Shown in pieces: positions 28,032-37,440 of a DNA stretch of 56,351 bases; the first letter of the stretch is position 1, and every line of letters begins with the position of its first letter. The notes below the pieces were generated by a model. That model saw only the letters and a program-made list of their open reading frames with translations, ran no database searches and had not been told where the DNA came from. The DNA is from an uncultured Dehalococcoidia bacterium (lineage in GTDB: Bacteria > Chloroflexota > Dehalococcoidia > Lucifugimonadales > UBA3495), in contig CATMOE010000018.1 in the NCBI GenBank assembly GCA_950072105.1, positions 1 to 56,351 of the forward strand, given 5' to 3'. The translations under genes were made by a program, and so were the position numbers.

Positions 28032-28679
28032 TTATTGAGTTTCCTGCAACCTTTTCAGCGCCCGGTCGAACTCCGCGAGGCCGGTTTGCTCCAACCCTCT
28101 TCGATAGTAGCTTTCGGCCTTTTCCGGCTCGATCTGGACCGCTTCGTTGTAGTCACTTAACGCCCGGTCATCCCGGCCCAGGCCGCTGTAGACGTCCTCG
28201 CGGTCCAAGTAGGACTCAGTATCCAATGGGTCCAGCAAGATCGCCTCGTCGAAGTATCGGATCGCCCGCTCCAGCTGCGCCGATGCCATCAATGCCCGGC
28301 CCCAGCCGGCGTAGGCCTTGGGTAGGTTTGGGTTGAGCCTCAAAGCTTGCTCAAAATCTTGTATCGCCCTTTGGGATTGGTCCGATCGGGCGTAGGCCAG
28401 CCCCCGATTCAGATAGGCCTCTGCATAATGAGGATAGATGCGTAGCGCCAGATCATATTCTGGGATCGCGTCTAAGAAATTGCCGCTTGCGTGCAGGGCA
28501 AGTCCCGATTCAAGATGCCGCCTGGCTAACACCTGGGACTCGTCGCCGATGGCGACGCCTTGCGCATCCCTCCCTCCAGTGTCTCCGCAGGCCAGCACGG
28601 CAAACAGGAGCGGTATCAATATCAGCCACGCTTTCATAACTTTTCGTTGGGCCTTGTCCCCGGTTAACCCGTATTTCAC
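28032..28679 (-). CDS. TPR-repeat lipoprotein
   Basis: Lipobox AVLAC, TPR repeats (AEAYLNRGLAY...AIQDFEQALRLNP); the start may be at MKAWL. Confidence 0.8.
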   Translation of the reverse strand: MKYGLTGDKAQRKVMKAWLILIPLLFAVLACGDTGGRDAQGVAIGDESQVLARRHLESGLALHASGNFLDAIPEYDLALRIYPHYAEAYLNRGLAYARSDQSQRAIQDFEQALRLNPNLPKAYAGWGRALMASAQLERAIRYFDEAILLDPLDTESYLDREDVYSGLGRDDRALSDYNEAVQIEPEKAESYYRRGLEQTGLAEFDRALKRLQETQ

Positions 28680-28790
28680 GAATCTGATCGATCGTTTGAA
28701 CCCGTCCTACTGTTTGACAGGCTCGGAAGACACATCTAGACTACCACCAATGAAAAAAGCCCGTCCCCGGGGGCTGCCGCCCCGTTGAGC

Positions 28791-30104
28791 ATGGCTCCTC
28801 TATCGTCCTCAAGACTGCCTCCCGCCTTACGGTATCCGGCCTACCGGTCATTCTGGCTGGGAATGCTGGCCTCGGTCAGCGGCTTCCAGATGCTCCGGTT
28901 CGGTCAATTCTGGCTGATTTTCGAGATCACCGGGTCTCCCTTGAGTTTGGGCTGGATCGGCCTGGCCAACGGGGTACCGGCGATCGTATTGAACCTCTTC
29001 GGCGGTGTAGCCGCTGACAGAATCGACCAGCGCCGCATGGTCATGATCAGCCAGTCCATCATCGCCATGTTGATTTTTTTCCTCGCCACCATCACCCTCA
29101 TGGGATTTGTAAATCAATGGCATTTAATCACCATAGCGTTTCTGGCGGGAGCCGTGGAGGCTTTCGATCAGCCGGCGCGGCGGGTGCTCTTTCCTCAACT
29201 CGTCAACCGCAAGGATCTGATGAGCGCAGTGGCGATGAACGCTGCCATCTGGCCCGGAACCCGCATTCTGGCCCCGGCGATCGCCGGCGTCATTATTGCG
29301 ATATCCAGCTCAGCGGCTAACTTCTACGTAGCCGGAATAGGTTTCCTGGTCATGGCGGCCGTCACCTTTAGATTGCGTTTACCGCCCCACCTCAAAACAT
29401 CGCAAACCCGGCCGATCCACGACATTCTAGAAGGCCTGCATTTCATCAGGAAGGACACCACATTCAGTTTTCTGATAGCCATGACTTTTTTCAGCAGCTT
29501 CTTCGGCATGGCTTACATACCGCTGATGCCCATGATCACCGTGGATGTGCTGGGTGTGGGCGCGAAAGAACAAGGCATGATTTTAGGGGCCGGCGGGGTG
29601 GGCTCACTGATTACCGCGCTTTGGTTTGGTACTCGGAGCAATTCGGGGGCCAAGGGAATGCTGATAATCGGCGGCGGAATCATGAGCGGCCTAATGGTAG
29701 CCACATTTGCGATAACCGCCGGGATATTTAAATCCGTTCCCTTGGCCATGGCCCTAATGGCGGTTTTAAGCGTGTTCAACACCCTGGCCAACACCGCGTC
29801 TCAAAGCTCGTTGCAGCTACTGGTGCCGAACCATATTCGGGGACGGGTGATGGGTTTTTACGGAATGACCTATAATATCCGGCCCTTAGGCGGGCTACAA
29901 GCCAGCGCCTTGGCCAACTTCGCCGCCATCGGCGCACCTATCTCCATCGCCATCGGAGGATTGGCAGTGGCAGCGTTCCCCATAGTCGCGATGATAGCCA
30001 ACAAAAGGGTCCGCCATTTAGGGAGTGAGTTGCGGCGAGCGGAAGCGGAGGTTATCGCCGCCAGCCGGAGCGGTGCGCCGACATCAACTACGGTCTCAGG
30101 CTAA
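28791..30104 (+). CDS. MFS transporter (DHA3/MFS_3-like)
   Basis: GGVAADRIDQRR motif A, AFDQPARR, RGRVMGFY; about 12 TM helices. Confidence 0.9.
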   Translation: MAPLSSSRLPPALRYPAYRSFWLGMLASVSGFQMLRFGQFWLIFEITGSPLSLGWIGLANGVPAIVLNLFGGVAADRIDQRRMVMISQSIIAMLIFFLATITLMGFVNQWHLITIAFLAGAVEAFDQPARRVLFPQLVNRKDLMSAVAMNAAIWPGTRILAPAIAGVIIAISSSAANFYVAGIGFLVMAAVTFRLRLPPHLKTSQTRPIHDILEGLHFIRKDTTFSFLIAMTFFSSFFGMAYIPLMPMITVDVLGVGAKEQGMILGAGGVGSLITALWFGTRSNSGAKGMLIIGGGIMSGLMVATFAITAGIFKSVPLAMALMAVLSVFNTLANTASQSSLQLLVPNHIRGRVMGFYGMTYNIRPLGGLQASALANFAAIGAPISIAIGGLAVAAFPIVAMIANKRVRHLGSELRRAEAEVIAASRSGAPTSTTVSG

Positions 30105-30191
30105 TCGGACACGTGCCTAAGCTAGCCGTTGCCACGCCTACCGCATGAGACCATGATTAGCTGACCAGAACGGCAAGGGCCAGTTGACCAA

Positions 30192-31178
30192 CTAACTGTG
30201 AAGCTCAATGACGTCGCCGTCTTCCAGCACGTAATCCCGCCCCACCCGCTGTCCGTCATGCTTGCCGGAACCCCATAGAAGAGCAAACTTGAATTTACGC
30301 GCCCAGTCCTTATGGACTGAGATCGCTGCATCCTCGACGATGCTACCGATCGTTAACACCTCTGGCATACCTAAATCGGCTTTCGTTCTTTCGGCCTTGA
30401 GATACACCCGCACTTTGCCCAAAGCCTGGAAGATCGCCTCTCCCAGCGCGTCCAACCCGATCCCTGTGTCCGCCGATACCCGAATTGTAGAAAAGCGCGG
30501 GGCATACAGCTCTTCGAAAAGCTCAAAGGCCACGTCCGCATCCTCTTGATCGCTCTTACTGCCCACAAACAGGCACGGCTTTTGCACCATGGGGTCGTCG
30601 GGGTCTATCGCCTTACCTTTTTCCAAGAGGCGGTAGCCAAACCGGTCCATCTCTCCAAGAATTTCGTCGGCGTCGGTCGATGGGTCCTCGGATAGATCAA
30701 CAACGACGACCACCAGATCGGTGTTTCGTACGAGGCTAAATAGTTGGCTTTGCACTTCTGGGTCGTCGATGGCGGGGGTATCCACCACCTGGATCTTCAC
30801 GTTTTGGAAGGGGAGCATCCCGGGCAGTGGTATCCGGGTGGTGAAGGGGTAGGCGGCCACTTTGGCGTCCGCACCCGTGAGCGTGGCAACGAGTTGAGAT
30901 TTGCCGGCGTTGGACTTTCCGATGAGCACCGCTTGGCCCGCCCCTTCCTTGCGGATCGCGTAGGGCGATGGACGCCCCGCGCCACGCTTCGGATTTTCCA
31001 GTTCCTCCAGAGCCTTGGAGATCCTGGCCCTCAGGTCGGCCCGGAGATGGTCGGTCCCTTTGTGTTTAGGGGTGGCGGACAGCATCTGCTGAAGGGTTGC
31101 GGCCTTCTCGGCCGGACCGACGGCCGCGCGGAACGCTTCTTCGGCAACGTGGTACTTGGGAGGCAGATTCGTAGGCAC
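30192..31178 (-). CDS. DRG/OBG-family GTPase with C-terminal TGS domain
   Basis: PKHKGTDHLRADL N-terminal motif, G1 GKSNAGKS, YPFTT, DTP, GQRVGRDYVLEDGDVIELH. Confidence 0.88.
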   Translation of the reverse strand: MPTNLPPKYHVAEEAFRAAVGPAEKAATLQQMLSATPKHKGTDHLRADLRARISKALEELENPKRGAGRPSPYAIRKEGAGQAVLIGKSNAGKSQLVATLTGADAKVAAYPFTTRIPLPGMLPFQNVKIQVVDTPAIDDPEVQSQLFSLVRNTDLVVVVVDLSEDPSTDADEILGEMDRFGYRLLEKGKAIDPDDPMVQKPCLFVGSKSDQEDADVAFELFEELYAPRFSTIRVSADTGIGLDALGEAIFQALGKVRVYLKAERTKADLGMPEVLTIGSIVEDAAISVHKDWARKFKFALLWGSGKHDGQRVGRDYVLEDGDVIELHS

Positions 31179-31531
31179 GGTAAATCCTCCTGTTGATCAG
31201 AAAGCCGAGCCTGATTGAGGATAATTACTTGTAGGGGGAATATAGCAATTGCGCGGGTCGGGAGTCAAATGCAGCCTTATTCATAATTATGGTTAATGGA
31301 GACCGAAAGGGCCTAGGTTGCCACGGCGCGCATTACGGGACTGCTGTTGACGCCGCTCTTTAGCACTCTGCTTTCGCTCGTATCTTTCTTTCCGATCTGC
31401 CATTACAGCCTCCAGATCCGCATATCCCTCCCAAAATCAACAACCAAGGATCCATCTAAATCGCCCTTATTTATATGCCAAAGGGAAAATGCTTCGGTCC
31501 GTCCATTTCATTTGGCCGGCGGCCTTGTTAG

Positions 31532-31855
31532 CTATGAACGTGAATGGGAGCGGGCTCCGCTCCAGGAACCGGCAAACACCAAAAGGGCCAAAACGATCAG
31601 AACCGCAAATTCACCCGGATGTCTTCCGCCGCCATCACTTAATATGTGCTGGAGGTGGATACCGCTCAGTAGGGCAAACACCAGTGATAAAAGACCCAGG
31701 ATCAAGCTTGCTCGTTGTAACAAAACACCCATATTTACGTTATCTCCTCCTCTACGTGGCGTGAACGGCTGGCCAAGATTCAGCCAAGGTTGTGACTCCT
31801 GAATCTTAGTTACGATTTGCCGAGTTGGGTGGATCGCCTTAAGCATTCCTACCAA
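31532..31855 (-). CDS. Small two-TM hypothetical membrane protein
   Basis: Two hydrophobic segments; likely start MGVLLQ after GGAGG. Confidence 0.4.
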   Translation of the reverse strand: MVGMLKAIHPTRQIVTKIQESQPWLNLGQPFTPRRGGDNVNMGVLLQRASLILGLLSLVFALLSGIHLQHILSDGGGRHPGEFAVLIVLALLVFAGSWSGARSHSRS

Positions 31856-31958
31856 CCGGGTTCGATGCCCTGATGCGTAAATTAGATGCGCTTATAAATC
31901 GAAAAGTCGTGAGGAGGAGTGAAAATGCCAAGCCCCGACCCAAACATCGCAGATAAGA

Positions 31959-33544
31959 TCAGGCCTTGGCCGTGATTGGGTCGACGGAAAACTGGGCGCG
32001 CCAGTCGTCGATTCCTCCTTGTAGGGCCACGGCGTTGATTCCTTTTTGTCGAAGTTGATGCGCCGCACGGGCGCTGGTAGCTTCATCGTGTCAAGCGCAA
32101 TAGGCGACTACCATCCGATCTTCGGGGAGATCAGCGGCCCACTCCAAGATTTGATCCGGCAGCACCCGAACGCTTCCCGGTATTTGGGAGCCGTCATGAT
32201 CGTAGCTGGCTCGAGCTCTTACGTCGAGGATCACCGGCGGGTTGGTGCCGGACATCAGTTCGGCCAATTCATCCACTGAGACTCTTGGTACCTCGCCGGC
32301 ATGCTGCCCAAACAGTCCGGCGACGGTAGCCTCCTTTTCCTCTTCAAGAATCTCGCGGGAGGCCCTTCGCCCGTACCATGCGCTAACCGGGGTTGCCGAT
32401 GCTCCATGAATGGTGACCGAGGCCAGCACCACCACTCCGATGGTCGCCAAGAGCAACTCAGAGCCGGGAATGCCCGCTTGAACTACCAGCAAGGCAAGCA
32501 AAAGCGAATTCAAACCTCGCGGACCGAACCAGGACACGAAGGCCCGAGCCTCCCAACTTAACTTGGCCCGGGACAACACCAGGGCCAACACCGGCGGTCG
32601 AATCAGGAATATCACCAACACCGCCAAGATCAACGCCGGTCCAACGGCCACCGATCCCAGAATCCCAGAGAGAACCGCCCCGAATAGAACAAAAGCGAGA
32701 AGCATCGCCATTTCCGAGGCGATCTCGCCGAAATCCAGGAAGCATTCGCATAATGATTGGTTCAGCACCACCACCGCCACTCCGGCGGCGAAGGAGGCCA
32801 GGAACCCATCTCCCCCCACCGCCACGGCTCCCGCGTATGACGCCAGGACCAACCCGACGCCGTAGAGCGCTTGGTGCTCCTCCCTAATGGCCATGCGGGC
32901 GTCAATCTTGTTCATCGCCCAAGACCCGATCCCTCCGATGGCGAATCCGATGATGGGCCCCAATACCAGCAACTTCGCCATGAAGACGGTCCACTGGGCC
33001 GCTCCTCCGGCCTGGGCTCTGGCCACGGCGATCAGGACCAGTATCGCCGGAAGCACGATGATGTCGTTGGTCCCGGCTTCAAACTTAAGTACCTGGCGTA
33101 CGGAGCGGGGGATCCGTCCATCGCACACTATCTCCCTAAGGACGACCGGGTCAGTGGAAGCCAAGATAGCCCCGCCGATAAACCCATCAGCCAGGGAAAT
33201 CCTAGTAAAAGGGCCAGTGCAACCGCTCCAAGCCCAATGATGATCCCGGTGCCAGGGCCCAATACCAGGGCCGGCACCAGCCATCCCTTGCCCAGTTCGG
33301 CGATCTGCAACTTAACCGCGTCGAGGAATAGCACCAGATCTAGCGTTAGCGTGGCGACAACTTCCAGGAGGGGACTGTGCGGTCCGATATCAATAGCGCC
33401 AATACCGCCCCGGCCCAGCAAGAAGCCCAGGCCGAGGAACATCATCGGAAAGGACAGCGGCGAGCGCTCAACCAGCCCAGACGCCAGGGCGGTAACCGTC
33501 AGAACGATGGCGATGACGCCGATGATTAGGATGAACTCAGGCAC
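31959..33544 (-). CDS. NhaP/CPA1-type cation:proton antiporter fused to a C-terminal rhodanese domain; probable selenocysteine at UGA 32091-32093; apparent 1-nt frameshift at ~33180
   Basis: ILASTDPVV, EAGTND and WFGPRG antiporter motifs; rhodanese VILDVR...QIPGSV...VVAYCA-UGA-HDEATSARAAHQLRQKGINAVALQGGIDDW to the next stop at 31959. Confidence 0.8.
32051..32090 (-). promoter_or_regulatory. Candidate bacterial SECIS element
   Basis: mRNA after UGA: CACGAUGAAGCUACCA-GCGCC-CGUGC-GGCGC-AUCAACUUC; apical loop starts at +22 with G at loop position 2; lower GAAG/CUUC pairing. Confidence 0.5.
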
Positions 33545-33693
33545 GCTACACCCTATAGATCAAGCTATCCGGATATGACCCACCGTTTTGGTTTTACCAT
33601 CAGTTAACAATGGAGACTCGTGCCGTTGACTTAGCTTCGGCCGTTATTTGCCGTCCACCGCCCGGCAATCACCCACTGTTGGGCCTTCCAGGC

Positions 33694-34935
33694 TCACTCA
33701 GTGAACAAAACCCCGGCGATTGAGACTAGGGAGCCGAACTGCTCGTCGGCGGGACATTGGTCGTAGGCGACCACTTCACCCCGGGTCTCGGGCAGAATCG
33801 CCAGCATGTAGCGGATGGGCGACGCGCCACAGATCCTGGTAGCGTCTCCCTTGCTGCGCATGTGGTCTGCCAGGCGTTCGCTGCTCCCAGTACAGGCCAC
33901 TTCCAGCCATTCCTCGTCGCTCGTTCGGATCCTGGCCTTGCCTGCCAGATCCAGGGGAAGGGAGCCGCTGAAAGCAGGCCCAACATGACTAAGGTCGCCG
34001 GCGGCAACCACGAGAGTATTCTGTTCCGCCACGACATCGGCCAGGAAGGACAGGGCGTCTTGAAGGACGCCGTTGGTTTCCGCGCCTTTCTCCACCAAGT
34101 TTTCGTCCACCCCGCAGAGAATAGGGAGCATACGCTTAGGCTTGCCCCCCGCAAAGTAGTGCAGCCAAACCGAAGCCAACTCCACCGAATGTTCTCCGAT
34201 GTGGTGGACCTCTTCCTGGAACGCGCCGTCCTCGCCAAGAATCTCCACCAAGCCATCAACCAGGCTCGTGTCCGTGGGCAATTGTCCCCAAGGAGTGGCG
34301 TAATCTTGACGGGTCAAGGTCAGTTTGCCGGGGCTGCCGGAGTGGTCCGTACCCAGTAGGATAATCAACTCGGCATCTTCAACCGCCTTTTGGGCCGGCT
34401 GCCAAGTTTCCGCATAAGTGCGCCACCCTCGCTTGTAGTCGATATGGGGGCTGATCAGGCCCGCGATGCGTTTGGAGCCGCCATCGCCATCTTTCAGGAC
34501 ATGTCCCCCGCCATCGGCGTTGGCGTTACTGCAATAAACGTCGAATGCCTCCCGCAACTCGTCTCCGTTGTTAGGATAGGCGCTGCCGGCCAAAGACGAC
34601 GGACGGAAAGGTCCCGAACGGTAGTTGTCCATCACCTTAGCCATCGCCCCTTGGAAACGCTGGTTGTCCAGCAAAAACGCGTCATCCAGACTCTTGATAA
34701 ACGCATCGACCTGGCTCGAATCCAGTTGTATACCCGTGCGAAGGAGAAACCCGGTACGCAGCGCATCCGGGTTTCGAGTGCCGTCCAGCATGGCCAGCAT
34801 CGGGGCGATAGTCCGGGGCACCATGAAGTAGCCTTCGCCAAGCCTTAGGGGATCTTGTATGGAAAGGACTTCCTCCCCTTGCCAGTTGACCCAATGGAGA
34901 CTAAGAGGACGCAGTTTGGGTAATTCTTGGTCCAT
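33694..34935 (-). CDS. AmmeMemoRadiSam protein B / MEMO1-family protein
   Basis: LAGSAYP, GLISPHIDY, LGTDH, EHSVEL, GDLSHVG, ICG. Confidence 0.88.
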   Translation of the reverse strand: MDQELPKLRPLSLHWVNWQGEEVLSIQDPLRLGEGYFMVPRTIAPMLAMLDGTRNPDALRTGFLLRTGIQLDSSQVDAFIKSLDDAFLLDNQRFQGAMAKVMDNYRSGPFRPSSLAGSAYPNNGDELREAFDVYCSNANADGGGHVLKDGDGGSKRIAGLISPHIDYKRGWRTYAETWQPAQKAVEDAELIILLGTDHSGSPGKLTLTRQDYATPWGQLPTDTSLVDGLVEILGEDGAFQEEVHHIGEHSVELASVWLHYFAGGKPKRMLPILCGVDENLVEKGAETNGVLQDALSFLADVVAEQNTLVVAAGDLSHVGPAFSGSLPLDLAGKARIRTSDEEWLEVACTGSSERLADHMRSKGDATRICGASPIRYMLAILPETRGEVVAYDQCPADEQFGSLVSIAGVLFTE

Positions 34936-35158
34936 CGGGAGGATTATATACGAAACACGGCAAAATTGAGGTGTTTGACCGGTTTGTTTTACGAGGAATT
35001 CCAGAGTTTAACAATTCGGTCCGGCGGTGAATTAACGCTCATGGGCAGGATGTTGAAAAGGACTAGCCTTTTTGTCACCCGAAATATCGCCCTAAAGGGT
35101 GATGCCGCGAAGAACGACCGAGGAGTAACGTGAATTGAATTCATCAAGGAGCGGAATC

Positions 35159-35386
35159 ATGACAGCTTACGCAGTTAGGAAAATAGAAAAGGTAGTCGAG
35201 GAAGCCGAGGCGATTGCCGTCGAAGCATCGGTCGAGTCCCTCAATATGGCCAACAGTCCCGTATGCGCCCATCACTGGATCATAGAGTCAGCCAACGGCC
35301 CGGTTAGCCAAGGGCAATGCCAGAACTGCTTAGAAGTTCGGGGTTTCAAGAATTTTGTGGATGCCTACCACCAAGACGACGACTAA
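35159..35386 (+). CDS. Small Cys/His (zinc-ribbon-like) hypothetical protein
   Basis: AAGGAG RBS; CAHHWIIESANGPVSQGQCQNC...FKN. Confidence 0.65.
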   Translation: MTAYAVRKIEKVVEEAEAIAVEASVESLNMANSPVCAHHWIIESANGPVSQGQCQNCLEVRGFKNFVDAYHQDDD

Positions 35387-35429
35387 CCCTAGACCGGATA
35401 TGCGTCCCTGAGGTACTCGCCCGGCCGCG

Positions 35430-35660
35430 CTAAAATCGCCGGGTAGGCGCCAGCCGGGTCCACGGCAACCGCACGCCCATCCTCTTCCACCTGAGGTGAG
35501 CCACCACTTGGTGGCGCGCCAGGAACCCTAGACGCTCGTTCGTCTCCCCATAGGTTCGCGCAACCAAAGCATCAACTTCGTTCTCCCCCTCCCGCAACAG
35601 CCCCGATATATTCTCGTCATTCCCCAAACGACGCCTCACAAGCTCCGGTATTTTCGGCAC
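35430..35660 (-). pseudogene. Possible remnant of the winged-helix C-terminus of an MBL-fold hydrolase
   Basis: ISGLLREG..VDALVARTYG...LARHQVVAHL pattern; no catalytic domain upstream. Confidence 0.3.
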
Positions 35661-35810
35661 CGGTTCGTTCCTACATCAGTCCACAAAAGTCACCAAGCAT
35701 TTGGTGCCGTCCCGGCTCCTGGGAAAGACTCCTTGAGCCGCCGGCCCAGGCATGGTACATTCCCGGCCTATCACGAATCGCGGACCCACTAACATAAGGG
35801 GGGACAAGCC

Positions 35811-36200
35811 ATGCCTAAAGAGTATTTCAGAGGCGACGCAGAGGACCTACGAAGCTACTCACCGGCTATTAAGGCCACAGGTGGCGCCACCATCTACCTG
35901 GCGGGTGTGGGAGCAACCACCGACGCGTCTGGCAAGTCGTTGGCGGGCGACTTCGAAGGACAGGTGCGGGCCACCTTCGAACGCATCAGAGCGACCCTAG
36001 CCAGGGCCGGAGGGACCCTGGACGACATAGTCACCATGACGGTGTTCATCAAGGACATGCAGTACGGAACCCACTTCACCCAGATCAGGAGCGAATACTT
36101 CAACGACGGATTTCCCTGCAGCGCGTTGATCGGCATAGACTCGCTGGCCCGGGCGGAGATGATGGTGGAAGTTCAAGCCATCGCGATCACGGACGGCTAA
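35811..36200 (+). CDS. RidA/YjgF family protein
   Basis: YSPAI, IYLAG, GGTLDDIV, FPCSALIGIDSL, VEVQAIA. Confidence 0.88.
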   Translation: MPKEYFRGDAEDLRSYSPAIKATGGATIYLAGVGATTDASGKSLAGDFEGQVRATFERIRATLARAGGTLDDIVTMTVFIKDMQYGTHFTQIRSEYFNDGFPCSALIGIDSLARAEMMVEVQAIAITDG

Positions 36201-36237
36201 TCCTGCTGGGACACTGACCGACTACGGGTCCACCGAT

Positions 36238-37317
36238 TCACGACGCCGGCCCGAATGCCGGCATCACCTCTTCAGCAAATAGTCGCATCGACTCCATCGT
36301 CTGCTCGAATGTCAGCGAGCCAAAGAAGAAAGAGCCCACGAAGTAGTTAGCGCCGGTTGCTTCAATTTGATCCTTGACCTGGGCCAAGACACTGGCAGGC
36401 GACCCCACGATGTGCAGACCGTCGGCCATGCGGCCTTCGAAGTCCGCAAGATAATCGGCTCTGCCGCTGGTATCCCCATGGGCTATTCTCAGATAGTTGA
36501 AGTTGTGGATGAAGCCGGAAAACCCGGACTTGGCCTCGGACAACGCCCTCTCATCGGTGTCGGCCACGTATACGTGGCGGACGATGCCTAGCTTGGGGTC
36601 AGGCTCGTGTCCGTTCAAGCGGCCTTCCTTATTCCGGTGTTCAAACCACTCGCTTTTGTAAAGATCGAACAGCTCTTTAACCACGTTGATGGGCGCATAG
36701 TGGGTGACGGTGTTGATCCCTTCTTGGGCCAGCCACCGGATGGAGTCAGGGTTGTCGGTGGGGTACCACAGGGGCGGATAGGGCCGCTGGAAGGGACGCA
36801 TATGCACTTGAACATCGTCGATCGTGAAATGTTCGCCTTGGACAGAAACCCGTCCTTCCGCCAGTCCTGGCAATATGGTGGACAGGGCTTCCTCGAACAT
36901 GGTCCGGGACGATTCGCGATCTACGTTGAAGAAGCCCAGTTCATAGGGTGAGACGCCCCGTCCCACGCCAAGCTCCATCCGGCCCTGACTCAAGTGATCC
37001 AGCATGCAGATCTCCTGAGTCAGCCGCAGGGGGTTGTAAAGTGGCAGCAGATAAACCAGAGGACCCAAACGGATGCGGCGGGTGCGTTGCGCGGCGGCTG
37101 CCAGGAAGAGTCCCGGGGACGTCGCCATGCTGAGGGGCGTGGCGTGGTGCTCCGCCAAATGATAGCAATAGAACCCTGCTTGATCGGCAAACTCCAGATA
37201 CTTTAGGCGTTCTTCATAAAGATCGGCGATCTGCATCCCATTGCTATCGATCCAATCGAACAGGCCGAACCGCACCGTGGGGTCGAAACCATCTGTCCCA
37301 GTGTCGTTTGCGGTCAA
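36238..37317 (-). CDS. LLM-class flavin-dependent oxidoreductase
   Basis: YHLAEHHATPL, YNPLRLTQEICMLDHLSQGRMELGVGRG; start taken at TTG 37317 after GGAG. Confidence 0.9.
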   Translation of the reverse strand: MTANDTGTDGFDPTVRFGLFDWIDSNGMQIADLYEERLKYLEFADQAGFYCYHLAEHHATPLSMATSPGLFLAAAAQRTRRIRLGPLVYLLPLYNPLRLTQEICMLDHLSQGRMELGVGRGVSPYELGFFNVDRESSRTMFEEALSTILPGLAEGRVSVQGEHFTIDDVQVHMRPFQRPYPPLWYPTDNPDSIRWLAQEGINTVTHYAPINVVKELFDLYKSEWFEHRNKEGRLNGHEPDPKLGIVRHVYVADTDERALSEAKSGFSGFIHNFNYLRIAHGDTSGRADYLADFEGRMADGLHIVGSPASVLAQVKDQIEATGANYFVGSFFFGSLTFEQTMESMRLFAEEVMPAFGPAS

Positions 37318-37440
37318 TTCTCCGCCTCCGTGAAAGACCTTAGATACTTTTTCCGTGCAGCAGTCATGAAGAATACTTCTGGACACCCAATGTCTGATGG
37401 ATTATGCTTCCTCGAACCCTGGATTACTAGGAGGTTGGGC

